Assembly (NCBI GenBank): GCA_963796125.1
Contig: CAWCKM010000052.1
Coordinates: 238-64,237 of the forward strand
Source: Nitrospirota bacterium
GTDB lineage: Bacteria; Nitrospirota; Thermodesulfovibrionia; Thermodesulfovibrionales; SM23-35
Direction of reading: 5' to 3'
DNA: 64,000 bases
Within the stretch, counting starts at the first letter, position 1. Every line of letters begins with the position of its first letter. The position numbers and the translations under genes were made by a program. Below are positions 21,218 to 30,308 of this stretch, one piece after another. A model generated the notes under the pieces. It was not told where the DNA came from. It searched no databases and saw only the letters and a list, made by a program, of their open reading frames with translations.

Positions 21218-22325
21218 GCTTTATCCCGCTCTTATCCTTAACAAGACTCATTGCTATATCAACAACTTTTTCAGATGCTTCAGGCCTCCCCAGGATCCTG
21301 CTGTGTTTTTGCATTTCTGTCCTTATCGTCCCATTCTCATAAAGCTCCCTGATGGCATGGGAGAGGGATTCACCGTTCAGTTGGCTGTCATGGATCATCA
21401 TTGCTGCACCCATATCAAGGAGTTTCATAGCATTCAATTCTTGATGGTGTCCGGTTGCATAAGGATAGGGTATTAAAATAGCCGGCTTGCCAAGTGCTGT
21501 CATTTCTGCAAGAGTAGTTGCTCCTGCCCTTGAGATTACAATATCAGAAACAGCATAGGCTTCACCCATTTGATAGATGAAGGGAGTTACCATGCCTCTG
21601 AACCCGAGATCCCTGTAAGCATTCCTGACATGTTCATAATCTCCCGAACCTGTCTGGTGAAGAAACTGAATATTATCTCTTAAGTCATTGAGGGAACGAA
21701 GGGAGTCTATCACCGCGGTATTAATACTTCTTGCTCCCGAACTTCCCCCAAAGACAAAGACGGTAAAAAGATTTTCTTCAAGTGAGAAAAAACGGTATCC
21801 GGATTCCCTGCTCCCTTTGAGGATATGCATTCTGACGGGGTTGCCGGTAAGAAAGGTCTTCTCCTTAGGGAAGAAAGGCATGCTTTCCTGATAGGTTATG
21901 CAGATGGCATTTACAAATTTTCCGAGAACCTTGTTCGTGAATCCGGGCACACAATTCTGTTCAAGTATCACAGTCGGTATTGACATGAATGCTGCTATGA
22001 GCATGATTGCTCCCGATGCATAACCACCCACCCCTATCAAAATATCAGGCCTTACCAGTTTGATTATTTTGTAAGCGTCCAGAAACGAGAGGATCATCTT
22101 GGCCATTGCAGGTATCCTCCTATGAAGAGGTATTCCCATCATTCCTTCTGCCCGTAAGAACTTTATTGGGTATCCTTCTTTTGGAACGACCCTTGCCTCT
22201 ATACCGTGTTCTGTTCCAACAAATATTATTTCTGTCATCCCGTTTCTTCTTTTAAGTTCTTCTGCTATTGCAAGTCCCGGAAATAAATGTCCTCCTGTAC
22301 CTCCACCAGCAATTATCACCCTCAT
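21210..22325 (-). CDS. murG: Undecaprenyl-PP-MurNAc-pentapeptide GlcNAc transferase MurG.
   Basis: IIAGGGTGGHLFPGLAIAEEL N-terminus and dcw position. Confidence 0.95.
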   Translation of the reverse strand: MRVIIAGGGTGGHLFPGLAIAEELKRRNGMTEIIFVGTEHGIEARVVPKEGYPIKFLRAEGMMGIPLHRRIPAMAKMILSFLDAYKIIKLVRPDILIGVGGYASGAIMLIAAFMSIPTVILEQNCVPGFTNKVLGKFVNAICITYQESMPFFPKEKTFLTGNPVRMHILKGSRESGYRFFSLEENLFTVFVFGGSSGARSINTAVIDSLRSLNDLRDNIQFLHQTGSGDYEHVRNAYRDLGFRGMVTPFIYQMGEAYAVSDIVISRAGATTLAEMTALGKPAILIPYPYATGHHQELNAMKLLDMGAAMMIHDSQLNGESLSHAIRELYENGTIRTEMQKHSRILGRPEASEKVVDIAMSLVKDKSGIKRV

Positions 22326-22356
22326 GAATCTTTAAATAACAAATGCAACATTGAAA

Positions 22357-23586
22357 TCAAGGAATTCCACACATTTCTTCTTTATCATTTTTTATTTTAT
22401 ACTTGACACTTATCGCTTTTCTTCTTGCGACCATTTTTATTCTCATATTATCTGGTTCCGGGTAATCCTTTCTCCTTGATATATTGAGGAGTATTCCTAT
22501 CGCAGCCATGTTCATAAGGAGAGATGAACCGCCATAACTGATAAAGGGCAGTGGTAAGCCCTTTGTGGGCACCAGTCCTGTAGCAACTGCAAAGTTAACG
22601 AGAGCCTGCACTGAGATCATCAGGGAGAGTCCTACAGCAAGGTAATAAGTAAATTTATCCTGCGTCCTGTTCGCTATTGAGAATCCTCTGAAGAATATGA
22701 GCACAAAAAGGGCAATGATGATTGAAACACCTATGAAACCAAACTCTTCACCAATTATGGAAAAGATGAAATCCGTATGTGACTCCGGCAGGTATGATAG
22801 TTTCTGTTTTGATCCACCGATGCCGACGCCTGTTATCCCTCCGCTACCAAAGGCAATAAAGGACTGCACAAGCTGAAAACCACTGCCAAGAGGATCCTTC
22901 CAGGGATCCAGAAAGGATATTATTCTCCTGAGACGATAGGGCTCTTTTATAAGTATAAACAGTATCGGCAGTGCAAAGAGAGCAAGAGATAAAATGTACC
23001 TCAGCCTTGTCCCGGAGAGAAAGAGCATAGTAATGGTAAGAAAGGCGAGGCTCATAGCAGCTCCAAAGTCAGGTTGCATGAGCATGATTGCCTGAAATGC
23101 TATCATAATCGCAACAGGTTTTATAAACGATGCAAAGCTTTCGGTTCTGAAGGCTTGTGACGAGAGGTATCGTGCAAGGAATATGACCATGGAAAGCTTT
23201 ACGAATTCTGACGGCTGGAATGTTGAAGGCCAGAGCCGTATCCATCTCCTTGCGCCATTCACCTGGACGCCAATGCCGGGCAGGAAGACAAGCAGTAAGA
23301 GCACAAAGGAGACAAACAGAAGAGGTATTGCGATCTTTCTGAGGAAAGAAGGTCTGAATGTGCAGGCAAAAAACATGAAGCACAGTCCAATGAGAATGGT
23401 AAACAGGTGCCTTTTGAAGTAATAAAATTCTGTAGCACCTTTTTTGGCGAGAGCAGGTGTAACAACAGAGGTTGAACTGTATATCATGAGGGCACCGAAA
23501 ACAACGAGGACAAGTGTCGAGAGCAGGAGCCACCTGTCATATGTCGGGTACAGTGACGGTGAATGATGAATGGATACCCTGTCCAC
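22357..23586 (-). CDS. ftsW: FtsW (SEDS family lipid II flippase / peptidoglycan polymerase).
   Basis: Polytopic membrane protein with PESHTDFIFSIIGEEFGFIG and PFISYGGSS SEDS motifs. Confidence 0.92.
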   Translation of the reverse strand: MDRVSIHHSPSLYPTYDRWLLLSTLVLVVFGALMIYSSTSVVTPALAKKGATEFYYFKRHLFTILIGLCFMFFACTFRPSFLRKIAIPLLFVSFVLLLLVFLPGIGVQVNGARRWIRLWPSTFQPSEFVKLSMVIFLARYLSSQAFRTESFASFIKPVAIMIAFQAIMLMQPDFGAAMSLAFLTITMLFLSGTRLRYILSLALFALPILFILIKEPYRLRRIISFLDPWKDPLGSGFQLVQSFIAFGSGGITGVGIGGSKQKLSYLPESHTDFIFSIIGEEFGFIGVSIIIALFVLIFFRGFSIANRTQDKFTYYLAVGLSLMISVQALVNFAVATGLVPTKGLPLPFISYGGSSLLMNMAAIGILLNISRRKDYPEPDNMRIKMVARRKAISVKYKIKNDKEEMCGIP

Positions 23587-25086
23587 TATATCAGCTCCAT
23601 GACTATCTTTTTGAATTGTCTTCCCCTGTCTTCAAAATCAGTGAACATGTCAAAACTGGCGCATGCAGGAGAAAGGAGAACAATATCACCTTTAACAGCA
23701 ATACTCCGTGATATCTGCACAGCCTCTTTCAGGTCTGCAGCCATAAATGTTTCAGTGAAATTTCCGAGAGCCTTTTTTATCTTCTCACGAGCCTCACCTA
23801 TAAGGACAAGGGCTTTCACTCTCTCCTTAACCAGACTCCTCAGGAGCGTAAAATCTCCTGCTTTATCTCTGCCTCCCGCAATTAAAATGACCGGGTTTGT
23901 AAAGCTCTCGATGGATTTGACCACCGCACCTACATTTGTTCCCTTCGAGTCATTTACATATGTAACCTCCCTCTATTTCTCTCACAAATTCGAGCCTGTG
24001 CTCAAGACCAGGGAACGTTCTCAGAGAATCCCTCACAGCCTCTAATGAGCTTCCTGCAAGGAGAGCCATGGCCGATGCGGCCATGGCGTTCTCCAGGTTA
24101 TGGACTCCCTTGATCTATATATCTTCAGCATCTATAAGCAATGAGTGCCGGGTAATGAGTGACAGGTCAGGGAAATTACAATAGATCTTTCCATCTCTGG
24201 AATAGATTCCCTCGACCTCTTTTTTTCTGCTGAAGTAAAAAAGCTTCGGTTTTTTTCTGTTCATTTCTAACTTTTCATTTATTACTTTTATCGTTACCGG
24301 ATCATCAGCATTGATGAAGAGGAAATCTCCTTCATGCTGGTTTTCGGATATCCTTACCTTTGCTTCTGCATACTCATCGAGTGAATGGTACCTGTCAAGG
24401 TGGTCGGGTGTGATATTAAGGATCACAGCCCCTTTGGGTTTGAAATGCTTTATTGTTTCAAGCTGGAAGCTTGATACCTCGGCAACGATGTAATCGACTC
24501 CAAGATCTGAAGCAGTGACACGGTGAAGCGGGGAAACAGCGACTTCTCCGGTTCTCCGGTTCTCCGATTCCCCGATTCTCTTATAAATCTCCTCTGTCAG
24601 GGCATTCCCGATATTGCCTCCCAGGATTGTCCTGAAACCAGCTTGTCTAAGCATTACATTAAGAAGGCTTGTTGTTGTGGATTTCCCGTTTGTTCCTGTG
24701 ACAGCAAGAAAAGGTATTATCTGGCTACCAGTTGCTGGCTCCTCTGATTTGAGCTGCAAAGACCGGTTACTGAGTATCTGATAGGCAAGTTCGAGTTCAC
24801 CGATAACAGGGATCCCTTTTCTTAGTGCTTTTGATACGGGTGGAATAGCGAGAGGGACACCGGGGCTGAGTATGAGCATATCAGATGAGACGAATATGTC
24901 TTCGGGATGGCTCCCGAGAGCAAGTCTGATTGAAGGGTTAAGTTTTTCTCTGAACTCTGTAAGTTCTCCTTCTTGTTTACTGTCTGTTATCGTCACATCA
25001 GCACCGAGTTTTGAAAGCAGATTTGCTGCTCCGAGTCCGCTTCTCCCGAGGCCTACAACAGTGACCTTTTTACCCGATATCTCCAT
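23586..25086 (-). pseudogene. murD: UDP-MurNAc-L-Ala--D-Glu ligase MurD, interrupted by one in-frame TAG and one frameshift. An assembly error is possible.
   Basis: MEISGKKVTVVGLGRSGLGAA start, VTGTNGKSTT P-loop, and SSFQLE. TAG at 24115-24117 sits in ...DAEDI*IKGVHNLENAMAA... Frame slips near 23968 (EIEG/VTYVNDSKGTN). The C-terminal piece is 23586-23924. Confidence 0.9.
24544..24580. repeat. Octanucleotide tandem repeat (TTCTCCGR, 4 units) inside murD.
   Basis: ttctccgg ttctccgg ttctccga ttccccga ttctc. Encodes the GESENRRTGE part of a 20-25 aa insertion upstream of the SSFQLE motif. Confidence 0.8.
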
Positions 25087-26182
25087 TTTTATTATTCTCC
25101 AAGACCCTGTAATCTTTTCCTTTCTTGTTTTTTGCAATCGCTTTTGTTTTGCCCTTTTTCTTTGCCAAAACCCCTGTCTTTTTCTTCTTCTTTGCTGTTA
25201 AATTCTTTTTCTTTGATTTTGAAGTTTTTCCATGGTGCCTTGATTTTTTCTTGTATGATGCTTTTTTTACATTGAGTGCGTCATAATCTGCTTTTGTAAA
25301 GTAGACAACAGGTTCTTCTCTGTTGGCGATGATATTGAATCCCTTGTCAATAAGGGTCTCTGTCTCTTTCCAGAGGGTTATCCTGCTCGGGCTCCCGAGG
25401 AGGGCAACAATAATGGTATCTTTCTCACGTTCAGCAGCGCAAACAAAGCAATGCCTTGCCTGGCGTGTATATCCTGTCTTTCCTCCTATGAGATCTTCAT
25501 CAGACCATAAAAGTCTGTTTGTATTTCTGAGAAGTAAATCTTTTCCACGTGCTGTCGAGACTTCTGCTACACGAGTTCCTATTATCTCTTTCAGTTTTGG
25601 ATATCTCAATGCATACCGCATCATTATTGATAAGTCAAAGGCAGTCGTATACTGGTCAGGGCCTGGAAGCCCATGAGGGTTTATGAACTTTGTATCTTTT
25701 AATCCCATAGCCTCTGCCTTTCTGTTCATAAGATAAACAAACCTCTCCTCAGAGCCGGCCACAGCCTCTGCGAGGGCAACTGCAGCATCATTTGCAGATC
25801 TCATGAGGGCAGCATAGAGAAGTGTCTCAACGGTTACCTCATCCCCTTCCTTGAACCCTGCTTTTAAAGGTGAGACAAGAGATGCATTTTTGCTTATCTT
25901 TACAACATCCGAAGGGCTTACCCCTTCCATGACTACGATTGCCGTCATTAACTTTGTTGTACTTGCCGGAGGAAGCCTGAGGTTAGGATTCTTCGCATAA
26001 AGGATTCTTCCTGTAGATGACTCCATCACCACCGTTGCCCGGGAATTAAACTCATCAGCATAAGCAGTTGAACAGTGAAAAGTGAAAAGTGAAAAGTGAA
26101 AAGAATAAAATGAAAAATAATTTCTTTGTATCTTGCTTTTAACGACTGACGACTGACGACTAACAACTGACGATTGTTTCAT
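25070..26182 (-). CDS. Serine-type D-Ala-D-Ala carboxypeptidase (PBP5/DacA-like, peptidase S11) with a poly-Lys C-terminal tail.
   Basis: SxxK (PASTTKLM), SxN (RSANDAAV) and KTG (GGKTGYT) motifs. Signal-like N-terminus ending AYA. The C-terminal KKKSRHHGKTSKSKKKNLTAKKKKK tail overlaps the murD start. Confidence 0.85.
   Translation of the reverse strand: MKQSSVVSRQSSVVKSKIQRNYFSFYSFHFSLFTFHCSTAYADEFNSRATVVMESSTGRILYAKNPNLRLPPASTTKLMTAIVVMEGVSPSDVVKISKNASLVSPLKAGFKEGDEVTVETLLYAALMRSANDAAVALAEAVAGSEERFVYLMNRKAEAMGLKDTKFINPHGLPGPDQYTTAFDLSIMMRYALRYPKLKEIIGTRVAEVSTARGKDLLLRNTNRLLWSDEDLIGGKTGYTRQARHCFVCAAEREKDTIIVALLGSPSRITLWKETETLIDKGFNIIANREEPVVYFTKADYDALNVKKASYKKKSRHHGKTSKSKKKNLTAKKKKKTGVLAKKKGKTKAIAKNKKGKDYRVLENNKNGDIG
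26074..26115. repeat. Heptanucleotide tandem repeat: AGTGAAA x4 perfect plus 2 degenerate units, in the 5' coding region of the carboxypeptidase gene.
   Basis: agtgaaa agtgaaa agtgaaa agtgaaa agaataa aatgaaa. Encodes the FHFSLFTFH part of the signal peptide. Confidence 0.8.
26143..26177. repeat. Second heptanucleotide tandem repeat (CGACTGA-like, 5 units) at codons 2-14 of the carboxypeptidase gene.
   Basis: cgactga cgactga cgactaa caactga cgattgt. Encodes QSSVVSRQSSVV. Confidence 0.8.
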
Positions 26183-26183
26183 A

Positions 26184-27266
26184 TCACCTCACTTTTAGTG
26201 TTGCCAGGCTTAATAACGCCAGCATCATTCCTATGATCCAGAACCTCACAATTACTTTTGGTTCAGGCCAACCTTTTAATTCGAAGTGGTGATGGATGGG
26301 TGCCATCTTAAACAACCTTTTACCCGTGAGCTGAAAGGATGTCACCTGCAATATGACAGAGATTGTTTCAATGACGAAGATACCTCCCACAACTGCGAGG
26401 ACGATTTCATGTTTTGTAATAACAGCAAGGGTACCGAGAGAACCTCCGAGCCCGAGAGAACCCACATCTCCCATAAAAATATCAGCCGGGTAAGAGTTAT
26501 ACCAGAGAAAGCCGAGAGAAGCTCCAAACATGGCACCACAGAAAACAGTTAATTCTCCGGTGCCGGGGAGATAGAGGACCTGAAGATACTGGGCTAACCC
26601 CTTATGCCCGGATATGTAGACGAGTGCCCCTGTAGCAAGAACAGCAATGGCAACAAGACCTATGGCGAGTCCATCTATACCGTCTGTAAGATTAACTGCG
26701 TTTGATGAGCCTACAATCACGATCGCAGAGAATGGTATATAAAACCAACTGAGGTCAAAGAGCCATTTCTTAAAAAAGGGGACACTCAGGACATCTGAGT
26801 ATGGGTCCTTTGGATTCATGTAGAGAAAGATTCCTATGATGATCGCAAGGATTATCTGGTTACCGAACTTGTAAATTGCCCTTAGCCCCTTGTGGTTTTT
26901 CCTTGTGATCTTGAGATAATCATCAAGAAAGCCGATAAGTCCGAAACCTGCCAGGGAGACAACCATGACCCAGATGTACATATTTTTCAGGTCTCCCCAC
27001 AGGAAGACTGAAAGGAGTATACAGAGAATGATGAGGATCCCTCCCATGGTAGGTGTACCTGCCTTGTTCATATGCGTCTTAGGTCCATCATCACGGATCT
27101 GCTGTGTCATACTCAATCTCCTCATTCTCCCAATGAGCCATGGTCCCAGGAGGAGAGAAAAAAGCATAGCAGTAAGTACGGCAAGGGAGGTCCTGAATGT
27201 GATGTATCTGAAAACATTCAGGGGAGAAAACCAGTCATGCAAATTGTATAAGAGACTATATAACAT
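26184..27266 (-). CDS. mraY: Phospho-N-acetylmuramoyl-pentapeptide transferase MraY.
   Basis: KAGTPTMGGI, NAVNLTDGIDGLA and PIHHHFE motifs. Confidence 0.96.
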   Translation of the reverse strand: MLYSLLYNLHDWFSPLNVFRYITFRTSLAVLTAMLFSLLLGPWLIGRMRRLSMTQQIRDDGPKTHMNKAGTPTMGGILIILCILLSVFLWGDLKNMYIWVMVVSLAGFGLIGFLDDYLKITRKNHKGLRAIYKFGNQIILAIIIGIFLYMNPKDPYSDVLSVPFFKKWLFDLSWFYIPFSAIVIVGSSNAVNLTDGIDGLAIGLVAIAVLATGALVYISGHKGLAQYLQVLYLPGTGELTVFCGAMFGASLGFLWYNSYPADIFMGDVGSLGLGGSLGTLAVITKHEIVLAVVGGIFVIETISVILQVTSFQLTGKRLFKMAPIHHHFELKGWPEPKVIVRFWIIGMMLALLSLATLKVR

Positions 27267-28638
27267 ATGATGTCTCCAGGAGCCTTTCCATACGCATGCC
27301 CCGTGAACCCTTTATCAGAACAGTATCTCCTTCCTTGCAGATATCCCAGATTGATCCCCTGGCCTCAAGAGAATTCTGGAATGTATAGACTTTTCCCGGG
27401 AATTCTGATGCCACAGAGGACATCAAAGGTCCTATCGCTATGAAGATATCGACCGGAAGGCCTGACATCCATCTGACAAGCTTCGTGTGGGCCTCATCTG
27501 CATAAGAGCCGAGTTCCAGCATATCACCCAAAACGGCAACAGCCCTTTTTCCCCTGATTCTAACGAGTTCCTTTAGGGCCTCTTCCATAGAAGCCGGATT
27601 TGCGTTATATACATCACTGATGATTTGTCTGCCCTCTATATTTTTGACCTCAAATCTCATCGGGATGCTGTCAAAAGCATTTATGATATTCTTTATCTTC
27701 TCCAGTTCAATATGAAAGAGGTGACCAACGGAAACGGCTGCAAGGATGTTATAAATATTAAATCTTCCTGATATTTTCGGATGTACTTCAAAATACGTTT
27801 TTTTGCCGATATGTAAGAGAAAGCTTGCCCCCTTTTCATGCAGGTTAATATCTGTAGCATAAATTTCAGCATCATTGGTTATCCCGTATCTGACTATCTT
27901 CCCTTTAAACCCTGAGGCCCGGATACCTTCCATCAGGAATGAATCATCAGCATTCACAACAGCTACGCTTACATAATTCAGGATTTCAAGTTTTGTTCTC
28001 CTCAGCGTTTCCATATCTTTGAATCCCTCGAGATGGGAGGGACTGACATTCGTTAAAACACCATAATCAGGCAGTGATATTTCGCATAATTCCTGTATTT
28101 CACCCGGACCGCTTGCCCCCATCTCCAAAACAACGGCCTCGTCCTTTTCATCTATCCTGGATAAGGTGAGGGGAAGGCCGATATGGTTATTCAGGTTGCC
28201 TGTATTTTTCAACACTCTGTATGCTGAGCCCAGGATCGATGCGATCAGTTCTTTTGTGGTTGTCTTACCATTCGACCCGGTCACGCCGACAAGAGGAATG
28301 GCTTTTTTCAGACGAATGTAACGAGCTATCTGCTGAAGGGCCTTGAGCGTATTCTCCACAGAGATAATTGTTTTGCCTTCTATTGGTTCTGCCGGTGGAA
28401 ATGTAACGATAGCACCGCTTCCTGTCAGCAATGCCTCCTGAAGAAAATCATGTCCGTCAAATCTTTCACCCTTTAATGCAATGAATAACTCGCCTTTTTG
28501 TATCGATCTTGAATCTATTGATACACCGGAAAAGGCATGAGCATTGCTGCATATAACCTGCCCGCCTGTCGCTGTAATGATATCTTCGATTTTCAAAACT
28601 CCTTCTATGTGTGCATCAATTTCTCTATCCGCCGGCAT
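27256..28638 (-). CDS. murF: UDP-MurNAc-tripeptide--D-Ala-D-Ala ligase MurF.
   Basis: VGVTGSNGKTTTKE P-loop and DVYNANPASM. Overlaps mraY. Confidence 0.93.
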   Translation of the reverse strand: MPADREIDAHIEGVLKIEDIITATGGQVICSNAHAFSGVSIDSRSIQKGELFIALKGERFDGHDFLQEALLTGSGAIVTFPPAEPIEGKTIISVENTLKALQQIARYIRLKKAIPLVGVTGSNGKTTTKELIASILGSAYRVLKNTGNLNNHIGLPLTLSRIDEKDEAVVLEMGASGPGEIQELCEISLPDYGVLTNVSPSHLEGFKDMETLRRTKLEILNYVSVAVVNADDSFLMEGIRASGFKGKIVRYGITNDAEIYATDINLHEKGASFLLHIGKKTYFEVHPKISGRFNIYNILAAVSVGHLFHIELEKIKNIINAFDSIPMRFEVKNIEGRQIISDVYNANPASMEEALKELVRIRGKRAVAVLGDMLELGSYADEAHTKLVRWMSGLPVDIFIAIGPLMSSVASEFPGKVYTFQNSLEARGSIWDICKEGDTVLIKGSRGMRMERLLETSYVI

Positions 28639-28757
28639 CGTAGGATAGTCTATTTTATTTTTCTTCTATTACACTCTCAAATTTTGAGTTAATTCTTTTA
28701 GCCGTCTCTTGACGACTCTTCTCCCGTAAAACTTTTTAATCCATTGCAGAAAAATCT

Positions 28758-30308
28758 TCATCTTCTCACCCCCATACATCCCGAATTTTCGTTTCTCTCC
28801 TGGATTCTTAATTTATCTTTGATCACCTCCTCGAGAATCTCTTTATCATTACATGGGTACCGTTTGCCTTTAATCTCCTGATAATCCTCATGCCCTTTAC
28901 CTGCAATGAGAACGATATCTTTCTCACGTGCCAGACTAACGGCCTTTCTTATCGCTTCTCTTCTGTCAGGCACTTTGATGTAGTTGCTTTTTACTACGCC
29001 ACTTTCAATTTCCCGGATAATATCAGAAGGATCTTCGGATCTGGGGTTATCTGAGGTCAGGATGACGAAGTCGCTGAGCCTTGTTGCCACTGCTCCCATC
29101 CGTGGCCTCTTGCCGCGGTCTCTGTCTCCTCCGCATCCAAAGACGGTGATGATGCGGGGTTGTATACTGCCCGGTGAGTCCTTGATAAACTCTCTTGCTG
29201 TGAATATCAACCGCTCAAGGGCATCCTCCGTATGCGCATAATCAATAACGCAGAGGAAGTTCTGACCGATATCGACCTTTTCGAATCTACCTCTTACACT
29301 CCCTGTTTTGCTAATGCCATCGAGAATTACCTGCCACGGTACCCCCAAAGATATTGATGCACCTGCTGCGGATAAGATGTTGTAAACATTAGGCAGGCCC
29401 ATCAGTGGAGATGAGATATCATAAGTCCTGCTGCGGAATGATATCTTAAACTTTACTCCCTCGGAGGAAGTATGAATTTCTCTCGCTACGATATCTGCTC
29501 CTTCCTCAAGTCCATAAGTCAGTATCCTTTTTGCTTCCGGGTCATGTTCACCCGAGGCGGATTCGAGTTCCATCAAGAGTCTCTTCCCGTAAGGGTCATC
29601 GAAATTGATTACAGAGGCTCCGTCATTGCCGAGAAGTTCTCTGAACAATCTTTCCTTAGCCCTGAAATAATTTTCCATGGTTTTGTGGAAATCCAGATGG
29701 TCTCTTGTGAGATTCGTGAAAATAGCGACTTTGAAAGAAGCTCTGTCTACCCTATGCTGTTCAAGGGCATGGGAAGAGACTTCTGAAATGACATGTGTGC
29801 AGCCTGACGAGAGCATGTCTTTCAGCAGGCCGTGGAATTCTAATGACTCAGGTGTAGTATGCGGTGCCGGATAAATCTTTTTCCTGATCATATAATTAAT
29901 CGTTCCGATAAGACCGACTGCTTTACCCCAACACTCAAGTATGGACTTGAGGATGTATGTTGTTGTTGTCTTTCCATTTGTACCGGTGATGCCTATAAGG
30001 GTAAGATGTTCTGATGGCATACCGTAAAAATTATGGGTGATACAAGCCAGGGCTTTTCGGGAGTCTTTGACCCGGATGTAAGTACTCTTCAGGTCTTCCA
30101 TGTCTTTCTCCCCTACTACGGCAGTTGCTCCTTTCCTGACTGCCTCTGAAATAAAATCATGCCCGTCACATTTTTCACCCTTTATCGCTACAAACAAACA
30201 TCCATCATCTACTTTTCGTGAGTCATAGGCAATATGTGTGATCTTTTTCTCCAGTGGCAGAAAAGCATTTATAACATCACATCCCTGAAGAAGTTCTTTC
30301 AAAGTCAT
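28758..30308 (-). CDS. murE: UDP-MurNAc-L-Ala-D-Glu--2,6-diaminopimelate ligase MurE.
   Basis: GITGTNGKTTTTYI P-loop, IDYAHTEDALE, and a DNPRSEDP motif indicating a DAP-type enzyme. Confidence 0.95.
   Translation of the reverse strand: MTLKELLQGCDVINAFLPLEKKITHIAYDSRKVDDGCLFVAIKGEKCDGHDFISEAVRKGATAVVGEKDMEDLKSTYIRVKDSRKALACITHNFYGMPSEHLTLIGITGTNGKTTTTYILKSILECWGKAVGLIGTINYMIRKKIYPAPHTTPESLEFHGLLKDMLSSGCTHVISEVSSHALEQHRVDRASFKVAIFTNLTRDHLDFHKTMENYFRAKERLFRELLGNDGASVINFDDPYGKRLLMELESASGEHDPEAKRILTYGLEEGADIVAREIHTSSEGVKFKISFRSRTYDISSPLMGLPNVYNILSAAGASISLGVPWQVILDGISKTGSVRGRFEKVDIGQNFLCVIDYAHTEDALERLIFTAREFIKDSPGSIQPRIITVFGCGGDRDRGKRPRMGAVATRLSDFVILTSDNPRSEDPSDIIREIESGVVKSNYIKVPDRREAIRKAVSLAREKDIVLIAGKGHEDYQEIKGKRYPCNDKEILEEVIKDKLRIQERNENSGCMGVRR

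Noticed and set aside
24115-24117. The in-frame TAG in murD as a pyrrolysine or other recoding event.
   Set aside because: There is no sign of a recoding context. The same gene has a frameshift 150 nt away, other genes in the window show similar lesions, and TAG is used as an ordinary stop elsewhere (for example ORF 6776-7597). A base-call error or nonsense mutation is far more likely.
25087-25137. The upstream extension of murD (MQKTRKEKITGSWRIIK).
   Set aside because: It lies within the Lys-rich tail coding region of the preceding gene. The MurD Rossmann motif begins right after the internal Met (MEISGKKVTVVGLGRSG).
26041-26180. The tandem repeats at the 5' end of the carboxypeptidase gene as a small CRISPR array or minisatellite locus.
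   Set aside because: The units are only 7 bp, directly abutting with no spacers, and lie inside a coding frame. This is not CRISPR architecture. No CRISPR-like repeat-spacer pattern was seen anywhere in the window.
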